The translations under genes and the position numbers were made by a program. The notes below the pieces were generated by a model. That model was not told the DNA's origin and made no database searches. It saw nothing but the letters and a program-made list of their open reading frames with translations. Of a stretch of 64,000 nucleotides of DNA, positions 10,622 to 22,937 are shown piece by piece; positions within the stretch are counted from its first letter, which is position 1; every line of letters starts with the position of its first letter. Source of the stretch: an uncultured Gemmatimonadaceae bacterium. GTDB lineage: Bacteria; Gemmatimonadota; Gemmatimonadetes; Gemmatimonadales; Gemmatimonadaceae. The stretch spans positions 352,001-416,000 of the forward strand of contig CAWFQK010000002.1 in the NCBI GenBank assembly GCA_963817955.1, read 5' to 3'.

Positions 10622-11818
10622 ATGACGAATCGCACCGGCGCGGCTGCCCCGCGCGTGTTGTACTGCACGGATACGTATCCGCCACAAGTGAACGGCGTGT
10701 CCGTGGTGACCGCACTTTCTGTCGCGGGCCTGCGGGCACGCGGCTGGGCGTGCACGGTCGTCGCGCCCAAGTACCAGGCCCCACAGACACGGGGCTCAGG
10801 CCAGCACGATGCCCCCGACGCCACGGTGATCGAAATTCCGAGCGCGGCGTTTCCCCCGTATCCAGACATTCGCCTGGCGGCGCCATCGTACGGCGCAATT
10901 GCCAGCGCAATTCGGCGAGTCCGACCCAATCTCGTGCACTCCGCGACCGAGTTCATGATCGGCCGCCTCGGCCAGATCGCTGCAGCGCGTGCTGGAGTGA
11001 CCCGCGTCTCGTCCTATCATACGGATTTCAGCCGGTACACGTGTGCGTATGGCGTGCCCTGGCTCCGCAATCCAGTGTCGCGCTACATCGCTCGATTTCA
11101 CCGGCGCAGTGCGCGGGTATTTACGCCCTCGGAACCGGCGCGCGACGATCTGCGAAGGTCGGGCGTCAACGACGTCGAAGTGTGGGGACGCGGCGTGGAC
11201 GCGGCATCGTTCGCACCCAAGCACCGGAGCCGCTCACTACGCATCGCCTACGGCGTGGACGAGGCAGTCGTCTTCCTGCATGTCGGACGGTTGGCGGCAG
11301 AAAAGGGCGTCGATCGCATCGTGCGTGCATTCCTCAGGGCGCGCGAGGCGTTACCTGCGCGGGCGGCGCGGCTCATCATTGCCGGCGCGGGACCGGAGGA
11401 CGTGACCCTCCGCCGCCTCGCTGGGCCGGACGTGCTCTTCCTTGGCGTGCTCGATCGGGCGCGCGCCCTCGGCCAACTGTACGCGAGCGCCGACGCGTTT
11501 CTCTTCGCGTCCGTCACGGAGACGTTGGGCCTCGTCGTACTCGAAGCGATGGCGAGCGGTCTGCCGGTCGTGGCGATTCCCGCTGGCGGCGTGGCGGACC
11601 ACCTGCGGGATAACATCAACGGAATTTCGGTCTCGCAGGATATCGATGAAATGGCTCGGGCGATCGTGACATTGACGCTCGACGGGGAAAGGCTCCGGCG
11701 CCTCGCCGACGGTGCCCGGCGAACAGCGCTGGCGCTCGACTGGGCAACAGAGCTCGACCGCCTCGACAGCAGCTATCGTAGCCTGCTCGATCGGGCCCCA
11801 CAGGGAAGCCGCTCGTGA
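10622..11818 (+). CDS. GT4 (group 1) glycosyltransferase
   Basis: DTYPPQVNGV, SYHTDF, VGRLAAEKG, ETLGLVVLEAMASGLPV. Confidence 0.9.
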   Translation: MTNRTGAAAPRVLYCTDTYPPQVNGVSVVTALSVAGLRARGWACTVVAPKYQAPQTRGSGQHDAPDATVIEIPSAAFPPYPDIRLAAPSYGAIASAIRRVRPNLVHSATEFMIGRLGQIAAARAGVTRVSSYHTDFSRYTCAYGVPWLRNPVSRYIARFHRRSARVFTPSEPARDDLRRSGVNDVEVWGRGVDAASFAPKHRSRSLRIAYGVDEAVVFLHVGRLAAEKGVDRIVRAFLRAREALPARAARLIIAGAGPEDVTLRRLAGPDVLFLGVLDRARALGQLYASADAFLFASVTETLGLVVLEAMASGLPVVAIPAGGVADHLRDNINGISVSQDIDEMARAIVTLTLDGERLRRLADGARRTALALDWATELDRLDSSYRSLLDRAPQGSRS

Positions 11819-11830
11819 CACAAACGGTAC

Positions 11831-13663
11831 GTGCCACGGTCGGGTTCGTCGGCATCGCCGCCGATGCTGTTGTACGTGCCCATTCATCTCGCCACTTCGC
11901 GCGCCTCACTTCGCCACTGGCTCGCCCGACATCGCCTCGCCGCCGGCCTCTGCAACGTCATACTCCTCGTCGGCATCGCCAACGTCTGGGCGCTGCACGC
12001 CCTCGCAGCGAGTCGCACGTCCGCTGAGAACACGCGCCGCGCCTACGTGGTGTTCAATCTCGCCGAGCAGCTCATCGAAACGCTTACCGGCATGGAGAGC
12101 GCGTACCGCCAGTACATGCTCACGGGTCGTGATGATTTTCTCATTCCTTATGACAGCGGCCAGGAGCGGTACCAGCGGACACTCGCCGAACTGTCCGCGT
12201 CGGCGCAGCTGCCGGACGGTGATCCGCGGATCTGGAAGCGCGTCGCCGAACGTGCCGGCGCGTGGGAGCGCGAAGCGGTTGCTCCCGGCATCGCGTTGCG
12301 GCGCGCCGTTGACTCGGGTCGCGTTGCGCCGCGCATGATCGCGTTGTATGAGAGCACGGGCAACAGCCAAGCGTACTTCGACGACATTCGCCGACTCCTC
12401 GACCTCGCTGCCGGCGACCGCCGGGTCGAGCTGGAGGGTCAGGTCCGCGCCAACGCGACGCACGCGCAAGGAGCCCAGACGATTCTCCGCTGGGGGAGCG
12501 CCGTACTCGCGGCGCTCGCGCTTCTGATCACGATCACCGTGCGACGACTGAACCGCGCGCGCGACGATCATGCGAGTATCTCGGCGTCATTGCGCAACGA
12601 GGAAGTGCGCTTGCGCGTCGCCATGCGCGCGGCACGCCTGACGGTATGGGAATACGAGGCGCGCTCCGACACGGTCACGCTCTCGCTTCCCGGACACTCC
12701 GGAGATGCGCAGGCGGCAACGCGACGCCTTCGCATCGAGGAGCTTCTCGGTACGGCGCACGACGACGATCGCCCGCGCCTGCGTGCGCTCCTGGCGACGA
12801 TTGCCGCGGCGCCCCGGCGGTTCGAGTGCGAGTGGCGCACGACGCTGGGCGGGCAGGCGCGGTGGCTGCTGACCGTCGGCCGCCCGACGTCGCCGTCACC
12901 GGGCACGCGCGGATTGATCGGCGTCACCATGGACGTGACCGATCGGCACGCCCTGCAGGAGCGCTTGCGTCAGGCAATGAAGATGGACGCCATTGGACAG
13001 TTGGCGGGAGGGGTGGCCCATGACTTCAACAATTTCCTCACGGCCATGCTGAGCTGGTCCCACCTCGCCCAACACGCAGTGGGCTCCGGCCGGCCCGGCT
13101 ACGCGGAGATCCTCGAAATCGAGAATGCCGCGCAACGCGCCGCGGACCTCACGCGACAGCTCCTCGTGTTCAGCCGAGGCCAGACGCTCGCACCGCGGAT
13201 CATCGACCTGAACGACGCGATCAGCGGCGGCGCATCGCTCCTCACACGGCTCGTTCCACCATCCATTCGGCTCGACTTTTCTCTCGATCCGATGACGCCG
13301 TTCATCGAAGTCGATCCGACGCAGCTTCAGCAAGTTCTCATGAACCTGGTGGTCAACGCCCGCGACGCGATGCCGGCAGGCGGCGTGGTCAGCGTCGTCA
13401 CGCGCTCCGGATCCGGCGGGGCCGAGCTGCTAGTGCGCGACGACGGCCTCGGGATGGATGAGGCCACCAAGGCGCGCATCTTCGAGCCGTTCTTCACCAC
13501 GAAAGCTGCCGGCCACGGCACGGGCCTCGGCCTCTCGACAGTATACGGAATCGTCAAACAGTCCCAGGCCAGCATCGACGTCATCAGCGCCGTAGGCGTG
13601 GGCACGACGGTCCGCGTACGGTTCCCCGCAGCCGGACAGCGCTTGACAGAAACGGCCGCGTAG
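11831..13663 (+). CDS. CHASE3-like/PAS sensor histidine kinase (CckA-type core, no receiver)
   Basis: YRQYMLTGRDDFLIPY, GQLAGGVAHDFNN, QQVLMNLVVNARDAM, FEPFFTTK, GTGLGLS. Start uncertain. Confidence 0.85.
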   Translation: MPRSGSSASPPMLLYVPIHLATSRASLRHWLARHRLAAGLCNVILLVGIANVWALHALAASRTSAENTRRAYVVFNLAEQLIETLTGMESAYRQYMLTGRDDFLIPYDSGQERYQRTLAELSASAQLPDGDPRIWKRVAERAGAWEREAVAPGIALRRAVDSGRVAPRMIALYESTGNSQAYFDDIRRLLDLAAGDRRVELEGQVRANATHAQGAQTILRWGSAVLAALALLITITVRRLNRARDDHASISASLRNEEVRLRVAMRAARLTVWEYEARSDTVTLSLPGHSGDAQAATRRLRIEELLGTAHDDDRPRLRALLATIAAAPRRFECEWRTTLGGQARWLLTVGRPTSPSPGTRGLIGVTMDVTDRHALQERLRQAMKMDAIGQLAGGVAHDFNNFLTAMLSWSHLAQHAVGSGRPGYAEILEIENAAQRAADLTRQLLVFSRGQTLAPRIIDLNDAISGGASLLTRLVPPSIRLDFSLDPMTPFIEVDPTQLQQVLMNLVVNARDAMPAGGVVSVVTRSGSGGAELLVRDDGLGMDEATKARIFEPFFTTKAAGHGTGLGLSTVYGIVKQSQASIDVISAVGVGTTVRVRFPAAGQRLTETAA

Positions 13664-13677
13664 CAACGCAGCTCGCC

Positions 13678-14715
13678 TCAGAGCTTCACCACTGCCGCCA
13701 AGATGTAGTAGGACACCGATCCGATCAGCGCAGTGGCGGGAATCGTCAGAATCCACGCCCACACAATGCGCCCCGCGACCCCCCACCGCACCGCCGAGGC
13801 GCGCTGCGTTGCACCGACTCCGACGATTGATCCGGTAATGGTGTGCGTCGTGCTCACTGGAATGCCGAAGTGCGTCGCGAGGAGGATTGCCGCCGCACCG
13901 CCCGTCTCGGCGCAGAACCCGCCGACCGGCCGGAGCTTGGTAATACGCGAGCCCATCGTGTGCACAATGCGCCACCCGCCGAACAGGGTTCCCAGTGAAA
14001 TCGCCGAGTACGCGCAGAGCTCGATCCAGTGCGGAATGGTGTTGTTATTGGCCAGGTACAGGTGGTGCAGCCAGCCGGTTTGGCTGGCGAAATGCCCATT
14101 TACGGACACGAGCAGGCCGACAATGACGCCCATCGTTTTCTGGGCATCATTTCCGCCGTGCGAGTAGGACAACAGCGCCGAACTCGCGAGTTGCGCGGGC
14201 CGGAAGAACCTGTCCACCCGTGCTGCCGACGTGCGGTGGAACAACCAGAACACCAGCACCATCAGCAAGTATCCGGCGAGGAGTCCGACGACCGGCGAGA
14301 TGACGATGAACGAAAGCGTCTGCACCCATTTCGGTCCCCAGGTGATCGCCGCGGCGCCGCCGCGCGCCATGGCCGCTCCGGCATAGCCGCCGATGAGCGC
14401 ATGCGAGGAGCTCGATGGAATGCCGAAGTACCAGGTGATGATGTTCCAGACAATTGCGCCGAGCAGCGCCGCCAGGATGACGTTGGGATTCACGATGCTC
14501 TGCTCGATCATCCCTCCGCCGATTGCCTTTGCCACCGCGAGGGAGCCGGTGAACGCGGCGGCGAAATTGAAGGTGGCCGCCCACAGCACGGCGGCCAGGG
14601 GGCTGAGCACGCGCGTCCCGACGATCGTGGCGATGGAGTTCGCCGAATCGTGGAAGCCGTTGCTGAAATCGAACAGGAACGCGATCAGGACAATCGCGAG
14701 GACGTAGGCGATCAC
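13678..14715 (-). CDS. pit: PiT-family inorganic phosphate transporter
   Basis: NGFHDSANSIAT, PSSSSHALIG, HGGNDAQK, PVSTTH. Confidence 0.93.
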   Translation of the reverse strand: MIAYVLAIVLIAFLFDFSNGFHDSANSIATIVGTRVLSPLAAVLWAATFNFAAAFTGSLAVAKAIGGGMIEQSIVNPNVILAALLGAIVWNIITWYFGIPSSSSHALIGGYAGAAMARGGAAAITWGPKWVQTLSFIVISPVVGLLAGYLLMVLVFWLFHRTSAARVDRFFRPAQLASSALLSYSHGGNDAQKTMGVIVGLLVSVNGHFASQTGWLHHLYLANNNTIPHWIELCAYSAISLGTLFGGWRIVHTMGSRITKLRPVGGFCAETGGAAAILLATHFGIPVSTTHTITGSIVGVGATQRASAVRWGVAGRIVWAWILTIPATALIGSVSYYILAAVVKL

Positions 14716-14726
14716 CGCGCGGCCCG

Positions 14727-15344
14727 TCAGGCGTTCTTCAGCGAGATACTCTGCAGCACTTGGGCGACGCCCATGCAACTATCAATGGCTCGCTCCAGCG
14801 TGTCGTACATCTCCATCCAGCGGATCACGTCGAGCGGATTCGGATCGCCGTAAAAGAGCGCGCCTACCGCTTCGTGATAGATGGCATCGCCTTCTTCCTC
14901 GAGATGCTTGATCAGCGCCACGTGCTGGTTCACGAGTAGCGGCTTCCGCATCTGGCTCACGGCCTCCTGGATCTCCACCGTGGCGCGACAGAGCACGCCG
15001 CTCAAGCGCTTGGCCGGCGGCAGCACCTCGGCGATGTGCAGCATCGCGAACCGGCGCGCGGCGCCGTCGAGCAGATCGATCACGTCGTCGAGGCGCAGCG
15101 CGAGGGTGTGAATATCCTCGCGGTCGATGGGCGTGATGAAGCTCTTGTCGATCCGCTGATTGACGGTGGTGGTGAGGAGATCGGCTTTGTGCTCGATGTC
15201 CTTGATGGCATTCACGTGATTGTCGACGTGCGCCACGTCGCCGAACAACGTGTCGAGACGCTGTGCGGTCGTCGAAAGGTGTGCCGCCAGCTGATTGAAC
15301 AGCTCGAAGAACTCGTTGTCGCGCGGTAGGAGCCGGTCGAGCAT
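14727..15344 (-). CDS. DUF47/PhoU-like phosphate transport regulator
   Basis: FITPIDREDI, LDDVID, EEEGD; lies directly upstream of pit. Confidence 0.9.
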   Translation of the reverse strand: MLDRLLPRDNEFFELFNQLAAHLSTTAQRLDTLFGDVAHVDNHVNAIKDIEHKADLLTTTVNQRIDKSFITPIDREDIHTLALRLDDVIDLLDGAARRFAMLHIAEVLPPAKRLSGVLCRATVEIQEAVSQMRKPLLVNQHVALIKHLEEEGDAIYHEAVGALFYGDPNPLDVIRWMEMYDTLERAIDSCMGVAQVLQSISLKNA

Positions 15345-15404
15345 AATACTCCGTGGGGGGCCTGCACGAAGATAGGCGACCGTGACCGAGCGGCAAAGTC
15401 TGCG

Positions 15405-16181
15405 TTACGTGGTCGTTGCCATCCAGCGGCGCTGCTCGCGGATCTCGTTTCGCCGCGCCACCAACCGCGGATTCTCAAACATCCTCACCAGGACCATGCC
15501 CGCGACGAAGCCGCCAATGTGGGCCCAGACCGCGACTCCGCTGGACTCGTCCGATGACACCGAGGATAGTTGGGGCAACCCGGTCAGCAACTGCAGGCCG
15601 AACCAATAGATCAGGACAATCCACGCGGGGATTGCGAAAGTCCGGAAAATGAATGGTGGAAAGAGCATGTTCACTCGCACTTTCGGGTAGAGCACGAGGT
15701 ACGCGCCAAGGACGCCGGAGATCGCTCCCGATGCGCCGACTGTCGGCACGGGCGAGGTGGGGAGCATGAGCACGTGCGTCGCCGCGGCGATCACCCCGCA
15801 CAAGAGATAGAACGCGAGGAACCGCCCGGACCCCATGCTGTCCTCGATGTTGTTCCCGAACACCCAGAAGAACAGCGCGTTGCCCAGGATGTGTCCCCAC
15901 CCGCCGTGCAGGAACATCGAGGTAATGGGCGTGATGAAGTTGATCCAGTCATCGTCAATCGCGCAGTAGAGCCCTGGGGCCATCGGGATGGCCGTGCCCA
16001 CGGCCAGCCGATGCGTCAGCTCGGCCGGCACCATTCCGAGATTGCAGACGCTCGCCGCGAGCTGCACGGGGTCGGCGCCCGCGTGCTGCACCACCAGCCA
16101 GACGGCAAACATGGCTCCGAGAATGAGCCAGGTCATCAAAGGTGTGTGGAGCGTTGGATTCTCGTCGGAGATCGGAATCAT
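15405..16181 (-). CDS. Rhomboid-family intramembrane serine protease
   Basis: MIPISDEN start, [29 protein letters not shown]. Confidence 0.92.
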   Translation of the reverse strand: MIPISDENPTLHTPLMTWLILGAMFAVWLVVQHAGADPVQLAASVCNLGMVPAELTHRLAVGTAIPMAPGLYCAIDDDWINFITPITSMFLHGGWGHILGNALFFWVFGNNIEDSMGSGRFLAFYLLCGVIAAATHVLMLPTSPVPTVGASGAISGVLGAYLVLYPKVRVNMLFPPFIFRTFAIPAWIVLIYWFGLQLLTGLPQLSSVSSDESSGVAVWAHIGGFVAGMVLVRMFENPRLVARRNEIREQRRWMATTT

Positions 16182-16271
16182 GCCGTCATCTCGGTAGCTA
16201 GGATCGGGCCGCAATGGCATGGCGATCTGACAGGCGAAACAGCCCAAGCGCACGCCGATCCGGTTGAATGC

Positions 16272-16284
16272 TGTCAAATTGGCA
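16272..16284. promoter_or_regulatory. Imperfect palindrome TGTCA-AAT-TGGCA upstream of dnaK (candidate operator)
   Basis: Seen in the rhomboid/dnaK divergent intergenic region; function inferred. Confidence 0.3.
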
Positions 16285-16376
16285 CAAAAACCCGGTCCCG
16301 GTCTTGCCATGACGCTAGGCGTTCACGGCAGACCCCGAATGGTGGCTCTGCCCAACATCCATTCGTTGAGGAAGCA

Positions 16377-18323
16377 ATGGCCGACAAAGTCATTGGCATT
16401 GATCTCGGGACGACGAACTCCGTCGTCGCGGTCATGGAAGGTGGTGACCCAATCGTGATCCCCAACGCCGAAGGCGGTCGGACGACCCCCTCGGTGGTGG
16501 GCTTCACTAAAGACGGCGAGCGGCTCGTCGGTCAGGTCGCCAAGCGTCAGGCCGTCACCAATCCGCAAAACACGGTGTTCTCGATCAAGCGCTTCATGGG
16601 CCGCCGGCTCGGCGAGGTGCAGAGCGAGACGAAGCGCGTTCCCTACAAGGTCGTGGCCGGTCAGAACGATGTGGCAGCCGTCGAGGTCCAGGGCAAGCGG
16701 TATACGCCGCCCGAAGTCTCGGCAATGATACTCCAGAAAATGAAGCAGACGGCGGAAGATTACCTCGGACAGACGGTGACCAAGGCAGTCGTCACCGTTC
16801 CGGCCTACTTCAATGACGCACAGCGTCAAGCCACCAAGGACGCCGGCAAGATCGCTGGGCTCGACGTCCTGCGCATCATCAACGAGCCGACGGCTGCCGC
16901 ACTCGCCTACGGCCTGGACAAGAAGAAGGACGAGAAGGTCGCGGTGTTCGACCTGGGCGGGGGGACGTACGACATCTCGGTCCTCGAGCTGTACGACGTC
17001 GAAGGCTCGCGCCAATTCGAAGTGAAGTCGACGAACGGGGATACGCACTTGGGCGGCGACGACTTCGACCAGCGCGTCATCGACTGGATCGTTGGTGAGT
17101 TCAAGCGTGACCAGGGCATCGACCTCTCCAAGGATCCGATGGCGCTCCAGCGCCTGAAAGAAGGCGGCGAGAAGGCGAAGATGGAGCTGTCGAGCACTAT
17201 GTCGACGGACATCAACCTGCCCTTCATCACGGCGGACCAGAGCGGCCCGAAGCACCTGAACTACACGCTCACCCGCGCGAAATTCGAGCAGTTGGTGGAT
17301 GACCTCATCCAGCGCACGCTCGAGCCGATGAAAAAGGCGCTCAAGGACGCAGGGCTCGATCCCAAGGACATCGACGAAGTCATTCTTGTCGGCGGCTCGA
17401 CGCGCATTCCCAAGATCCAGCAGGTCGTGAAGGACTATTTCGGCAAGGAGCCCAACCGCTCCGTCAACCCGGACGAAGTCGTCGCGATCGGCGCGGCCAT
17501 TCAGGGCGCGGTGCTCACCGGCGAGCAAAAAGACGTCCTCCTGCTCGACGTGACGCCGTTGTCGCTCGGCATCGAAACGCTCGGTGGGGTGACCACGGTG
17601 CTGATTCCGCGGAATACCACCATCCCGACCAAAAAGAGCGAGACTTTCTCGACAGCCGACGACAATCAAACGACAGTCGAAATCCACGTGCTGCAGGGCG
17701 AGCGCGAGTTGGCGCGCGACAACCGCACGATCGGCAAATTCCAGCTCACAGGCATTCCGCCGGCTCCGCGCGGCATGCCGCAGATTGAAGTAACGTTCGA
17801 CATCGACGCGAACGGCATTCTCCACGTCTCGGCAAAGGACAAGGCAACGGCCAAGGAGCAGAAGATCCGCATCGAGGCCTCGAGCGGTCTGTCGGACGCC
17901 GACATCGACAAGATGGTACGAGATGCGGAACAGAACGCCACGGAGGACAAGAAGCGGCGCGAGGAGATCGACACGCGCAATCGTCTCGACAGCATGACGT
18001 ACGAGGTCGAGAAGAACGCAAAGGAATGGTCGGACAAGATCTCGCCGGATCTCAAGTCGAAGCTCGACGCGGCCGTCGAACGGGCGCGCAAGGCCCTCCG
18101 CGGGGACGACATGAACGAAATTCGCGCGGCGCAGGAAGAGTTGAACCGCACGTTCAGCGAGGCAGGCCAGTCCTTCTACGCACAGAATCAGGCCACGAGC
18201 CCTGAGGCTGGTACGGCAGGTCAGCCATCTGCCGAGGCCGGCGCGAGCGGTGCACCAGGAACCCCACCGGCTGAGGACGTCGTCGAGGCCGACTACGAGA
18301 TCGTCGACGAGAACAAGAAGTAA
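16377..18323 (+). CDS. dnaK: Chaperone DnaK (Hsp70)
   Basis: [35 protein letters not shown]-terminal [17 protein letters not shown]. Confidence 0.98.
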   Translation: MADKVIGIDLGTTNSVVAVMEGGDPIVIPNAEGGRTTPSVVGFTKDGERLVGQVAKRQAVTNPQNTVFSIKRFMGRRLGEVQSETKRVPYKVVAGQNDVAAVEVQGKRYTPPEVSAMILQKMKQTAEDYLGQTVTKAVVTVPAYFNDAQRQATKDAGKIAGLDVLRIINEPTAAALAYGLDKKKDEKVAVFDLGGGTYDISVLELYDVEGSRQFEVKSTNGDTHLGGDDFDQRVIDWIVGEFKRDQGIDLSKDPMALQRLKEGGEKAKMELSSTMSTDINLPFITADQSGPKHLNYTLTRAKFEQLVDDLIQRTLEPMKKALKDAGLDPKDIDEVILVGGSTRIPKIQQVVKDYFGKEPNRSVNPDEVVAIGAAIQGAVLTGEQKDVLLLDVTPLSLGIETLGGVTTVLIPRNTTIPTKKSETFSTADDNQTTVEIHVLQGERELARDNRTIGKFQLTGIPPAPRGMPQIEVTFDIDANGILHVSAKDKATAKEQKIRIEASSGLSDADIDKMVRDAEQNATEDKKRREEIDTRNRLDSMTYEVEKNAKEWSDKISPDLKSKLDAAVERARKALRGDDMNEIRAAQEELNRTFSEAGQSFYAQNQATSPEAGTAGQPSAEAGASGAPGTPPAEDVVEADYEIVDENKK

Positions 18324-18358
18324 ATTGTTGTGAAGTTTTCGGAGTACCGGGTCACGGT

Positions 18359-18384
18359 GGAAACCGTGGCCCGGCTTCTGTGTA
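18359..18384 (+). promoter_or_regulatory. Candidate ECF-sigma promoter GGAAAC-N16-TGTA upstream of degP
   Basis: Resembles the AAC/CGT ECF promoter architecture. Confidence 0.35.
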
Positions 18385-18420
18385 CGACGAACGTCAACTT
18401 CCTTTCAGGTGGTTCAGGTT

Positions 18421-19998
18421 ATGTCCACTCAGTACTCGCGTGCCCGTTTCGGCGCGGCGATCGTGGTCGCGTTCCTCTGCGGACTAATCTTCGCTTCCGG
18501 ATTCAACCTGACGCGATTTGGCTGGGCCCAGGGCCGCGTCATCTCGGCATCCAACCCTTCGTCGGCCCAAATGGCGTCGGCCGCGGAAACGGAGACCGCC
18601 TTCGAGGCAGTCGCCGACCACGCACGACCCGCCGTGGTCTCCATTCAAATCGAGAAGTTTGCCAGGCAGCGGCCGACACCAAACCCGCACGGCCGCGGCG
18701 GCCAGCGATTGCCGCCGGGGATCGAGGACTTCTTCCATAATTTCGATCAAACACCTTCCGATCAGCCTGAAGAGGCGAGCGGATCGGGCTTCATCGTATC
18801 GAGCGACGGCTACATCCTCACGAACAACCACGTCGTCGCCGATGCCGACCGCGTGACGGTCACGCTGTTCGACAAACGCCAATTCAACGCCAAGGTCGTC
18901 GGGCGCGATCCGACGACGGACGTCGCTGTCGTCAAGATCGATGGTAAAGGCTTCCCCACCGTAAACCTGGGTGACGACGCGAAGGCACGCGTCGGCCAGT
19001 GGGTGTTGGCGATCGGCAATCCGCTGGAACTCGACTTCACCGTGACAGCGGGCATCGTGAGCGCAAAAGGTCGGAATCAGTCCGGGCTGCTCAATCCGCG
19101 CGGCGAGAATCCATACGCGATCACCGACTACATCCAGACCGACGCGGCGATCAATCCCGGGAACTCCGGTGGCCCACTGCTCAACATTCGCGGCGACGTG
19201 ATCGGCATCAACAGCGCGATCGCCAGCGGCACGGGCTACTACGCCGGCTATGGCTTTGCCATTCCAATCACCCTTGCCAAGCAGGTGATGGATGACCTGA
19301 TCAAATACGGCAAGATTCGCCGTGCCGTGGTCGGCGTGTCACTCAACGAAGTGACGCCAACCGACGCCCGCGCCGCAGGCCTGGCGCAGATCGGCGGCGC
19401 GAAGGTGAGCGGATTCAGTCCCGAGAACGACAGTCCGGCACAGCGTGCTGGGCTCGAAGTTGGAGACATCATCGTGTCGGCGAGCGGACATCCGATCGAT
19501 CAACTGAGCACGTTGCAGCGCGTCATCCGCGGCTACAAGCCTGGCGACGTCGTCGACCTGGACGTGATGCGCTTCGGCCAGAAGAAGCTCTTCCACGTGA
19601 AGCTCGGCGAACCGGTTGATGAGACGAACAAGGTGGCAAGCAATTCCGACGAGGGTCCGACGCCGGTGGTCGATGACGGCACGTCGCGGCAGTACGACAA
19701 ACTCGGCATCTCGGTGGGGCCGGTACCGGCGGAGCTGGCCCAGCAGGCCAAGCTCACCGCAGCCTACCGCAACGCCGTGATGATCACGAAAGTGGCGCCC
19801 CAGGGTCCGGCGTATCGGTCGCTGATCGAGAGCGAGCTCATTCTTCAGGAGCTGTACCCGGTCAAGCGCGACATCAAGACGCCCAACGACCTGCAACAGG
19901 CGTTGTCGTCGCTGAAACCAGGTGACGTGATCGAGCTGAAGGTGTACAACATTCCGGGCGGCCAGACGCGCGCCGTGAGCGTCGAGATCGCGAAGTAG
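18421..19998 (+). CDS. degP: DegP/HtrA (Do family) serine endopeptidase with two PDZ domains
   Basis: GSGFIV, LTNNHVV, TDVAVVK, QTDAAINPGNSGGPL. Confidence 0.93.
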   Translation: MSTQYSRARFGAAIVVAFLCGLIFASGFNLTRFGWAQGRVISASNPSSAQMASAAETETAFEAVADHARPAVVSIQIEKFARQRPTPNPHGRGGQRLPPGIEDFFHNFDQTPSDQPEEASGSGFIVSSDGYILTNNHVVADADRVTVTLFDKRQFNAKVVGRDPTTDVAVVKIDGKGFPTVNLGDDAKARVGQWVLAIGNPLELDFTVTAGIVSAKGRNQSGLLNPRGENPYAITDYIQTDAAINPGNSGGPLLNIRGDVIGINSAIASGTGYYAGYGFAIPITLAKQVMDDLIKYGKIRRAVVGVSLNEVTPTDARAAGLAQIGGAKVSGFSPENDSPAQRAGLEVGDIIVSASGHPIDQLSTLQRVIRGYKPGDVVDLDVMRFGQKKLFHVKLGEPVDETNKVASNSDEGPTPVVDDGTSRQYDKLGISVGPVPAELAQQAKLTAAYRNAVMITKVAPQGPAYRSLIESELILQELYPVKRDIKTPNDLQQALSSLKPGDVIELKVYNIPGGQTRAVSVEIAK

Positions 19999-20015
19999 CA
20001 CGAGGTGGGATGCAC

Positions 20016-20056
20016 GAAAAGGGGGCGACCGAACATCGGTCGCCCCCTTTTCTTTT
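20016..20056. terminator. Intrinsic terminator, likely bidirectional (degP / metX)
   Basis: GAAAAGGGGGCGACCGA-ACA-TCGGTCGCCCCCTTTTC followed by T run, between convergent genes. Confidence 0.88.
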
Positions 20057-20110
20057 GGTGAATGCAACCCCACCAACGCACCGAGCACAGTGCGCGGGCT
20101 GGGGCCGTCA

Positions 20111-22502
<2,392 letters not shown>

Positions 22503-22527
22503 CGGTATGCGAGCTCGTGTTGGCTCG

Positions 22528-22629
22528 CTAGTCGCCTGCGCGCGTGCGCGGCACCCGTCCGTCTCTCCCATAAGGAGGAACGCACATGAGGCACATACAC
22601 ATGGGCATCGCGAGCGGCGTGAGGCGCAT
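22528..22629 (-). CDS. Met/Cys-rich leader peptide MRLTPLAMPMCMCLMCVPPYGRDGRVPRTRAGD (33 aa)
   Basis: Hand-translated. Codons 8-16 contain 4 Met and 3 Cys. The 3' part is complementary to the terminator 5' arm. Confidence 0.78.
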   Translation of the reverse strand: MRLTPLAMPMCMCLMCVPPYGRDGRVPRTRAGD

Positions 22630-22659
22630 CGTCAGATCAAAGTCGAGAAGAACGGATAC

Positions 22660-22691
22660 AAAAAAACCCCGGACGGGAAGGCCGCCGGGGC
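22660..22691 (-). terminator. Intrinsic terminator (riboswitch expression platform)
   Basis: CCCCGGCGG-CCTTC-CCGTCCGGGG followed by U7, starting ~8 nt after the aptamer. Confidence 0.85.
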
Positions 22692-22698
22692 ATTCGCG

Positions 22699-22745
22699 TT
22701 TTAGCATTTGTTTTACGTGGCTGCAATAGGCGGCAAATGACCACG
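22699..22745 (-). ncRNA. SAM-II (SAM-alpha)-like riboswitch aptamer
   Basis: CGUGG-UCAUUUG-CCGCCUA-UUGCAG-CCACG-UAAAA-CAAAUGCUAAAA: CGUGG/CCACG stem, AUUU, UUGC and terminal GCUAAA hallmarks; upstream of met genes. Confidence 0.82.
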
Positions 22746-22765
22746 AATCCTTCGATTGTGTGCCC

Positions 22766-22795
22766 AGTATACGACACCGGGTGCAAAGATGTCAA
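22766..22795 (-). promoter_or_regulatory. Sigma70 promoter for the met leader: TTGACA-N18-TATACT
   Basis: Near-consensus -35/-10 about 20 nt upstream of the aptamer. Confidence 0.8.
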
Positions 22796-22821
22796 GGCCG
22801 GGATGCACGTCCACTTCTGTA

Positions 22822-22903
22822 TGCGAGAGGGGGGACTCGAACCCCCAAGCCTTGCGGCGCCAGATCCTAAGTCTGGTGCGTCTGCCAGTTCCGCCACTCC
22901 CGC
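22822..22903 (-). tRNA. tRNA-Leu (anticodon UAG), CCA not encoded
   Basis: GCGGGAG acceptor stem, GGCGGAACTGGCAGACGC D arm, CCAGA-CTTAGGA-TCTGG anticodon arm, variable arm, GGTTCGAGTCC T arm. Confidence 0.96.
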
Positions 22904-22937
22904 GCGCCGTGCCGTACACCGGCTGTGGGACAATTTA

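Noticed and set aside
16279..16310. Possible sigma54 promoter (TTGGCAC) upstream of dnaK
   Set aside because: No TTGC at the required -12 spacing.
15570..16376. Apparent 269-aa N-terminal extension of DnaK (917-aa ORF)
   Set aside because: Overlaps the rhomboid gene on the opposite strand. The true start is ATG 16377 with an RBS.
16323..17825. 500-aa ORF antisense to dnaK
   Set aside because: Common high-GC codon-bias artefact opposite Hsp70 genes; no independent motifs.
22822..22903. tRNA-Leu as an island or prophage integration site
   Set aside because: No integrase and no duplicated tRNA 3' end noticed; flanks are housekeeping genes.
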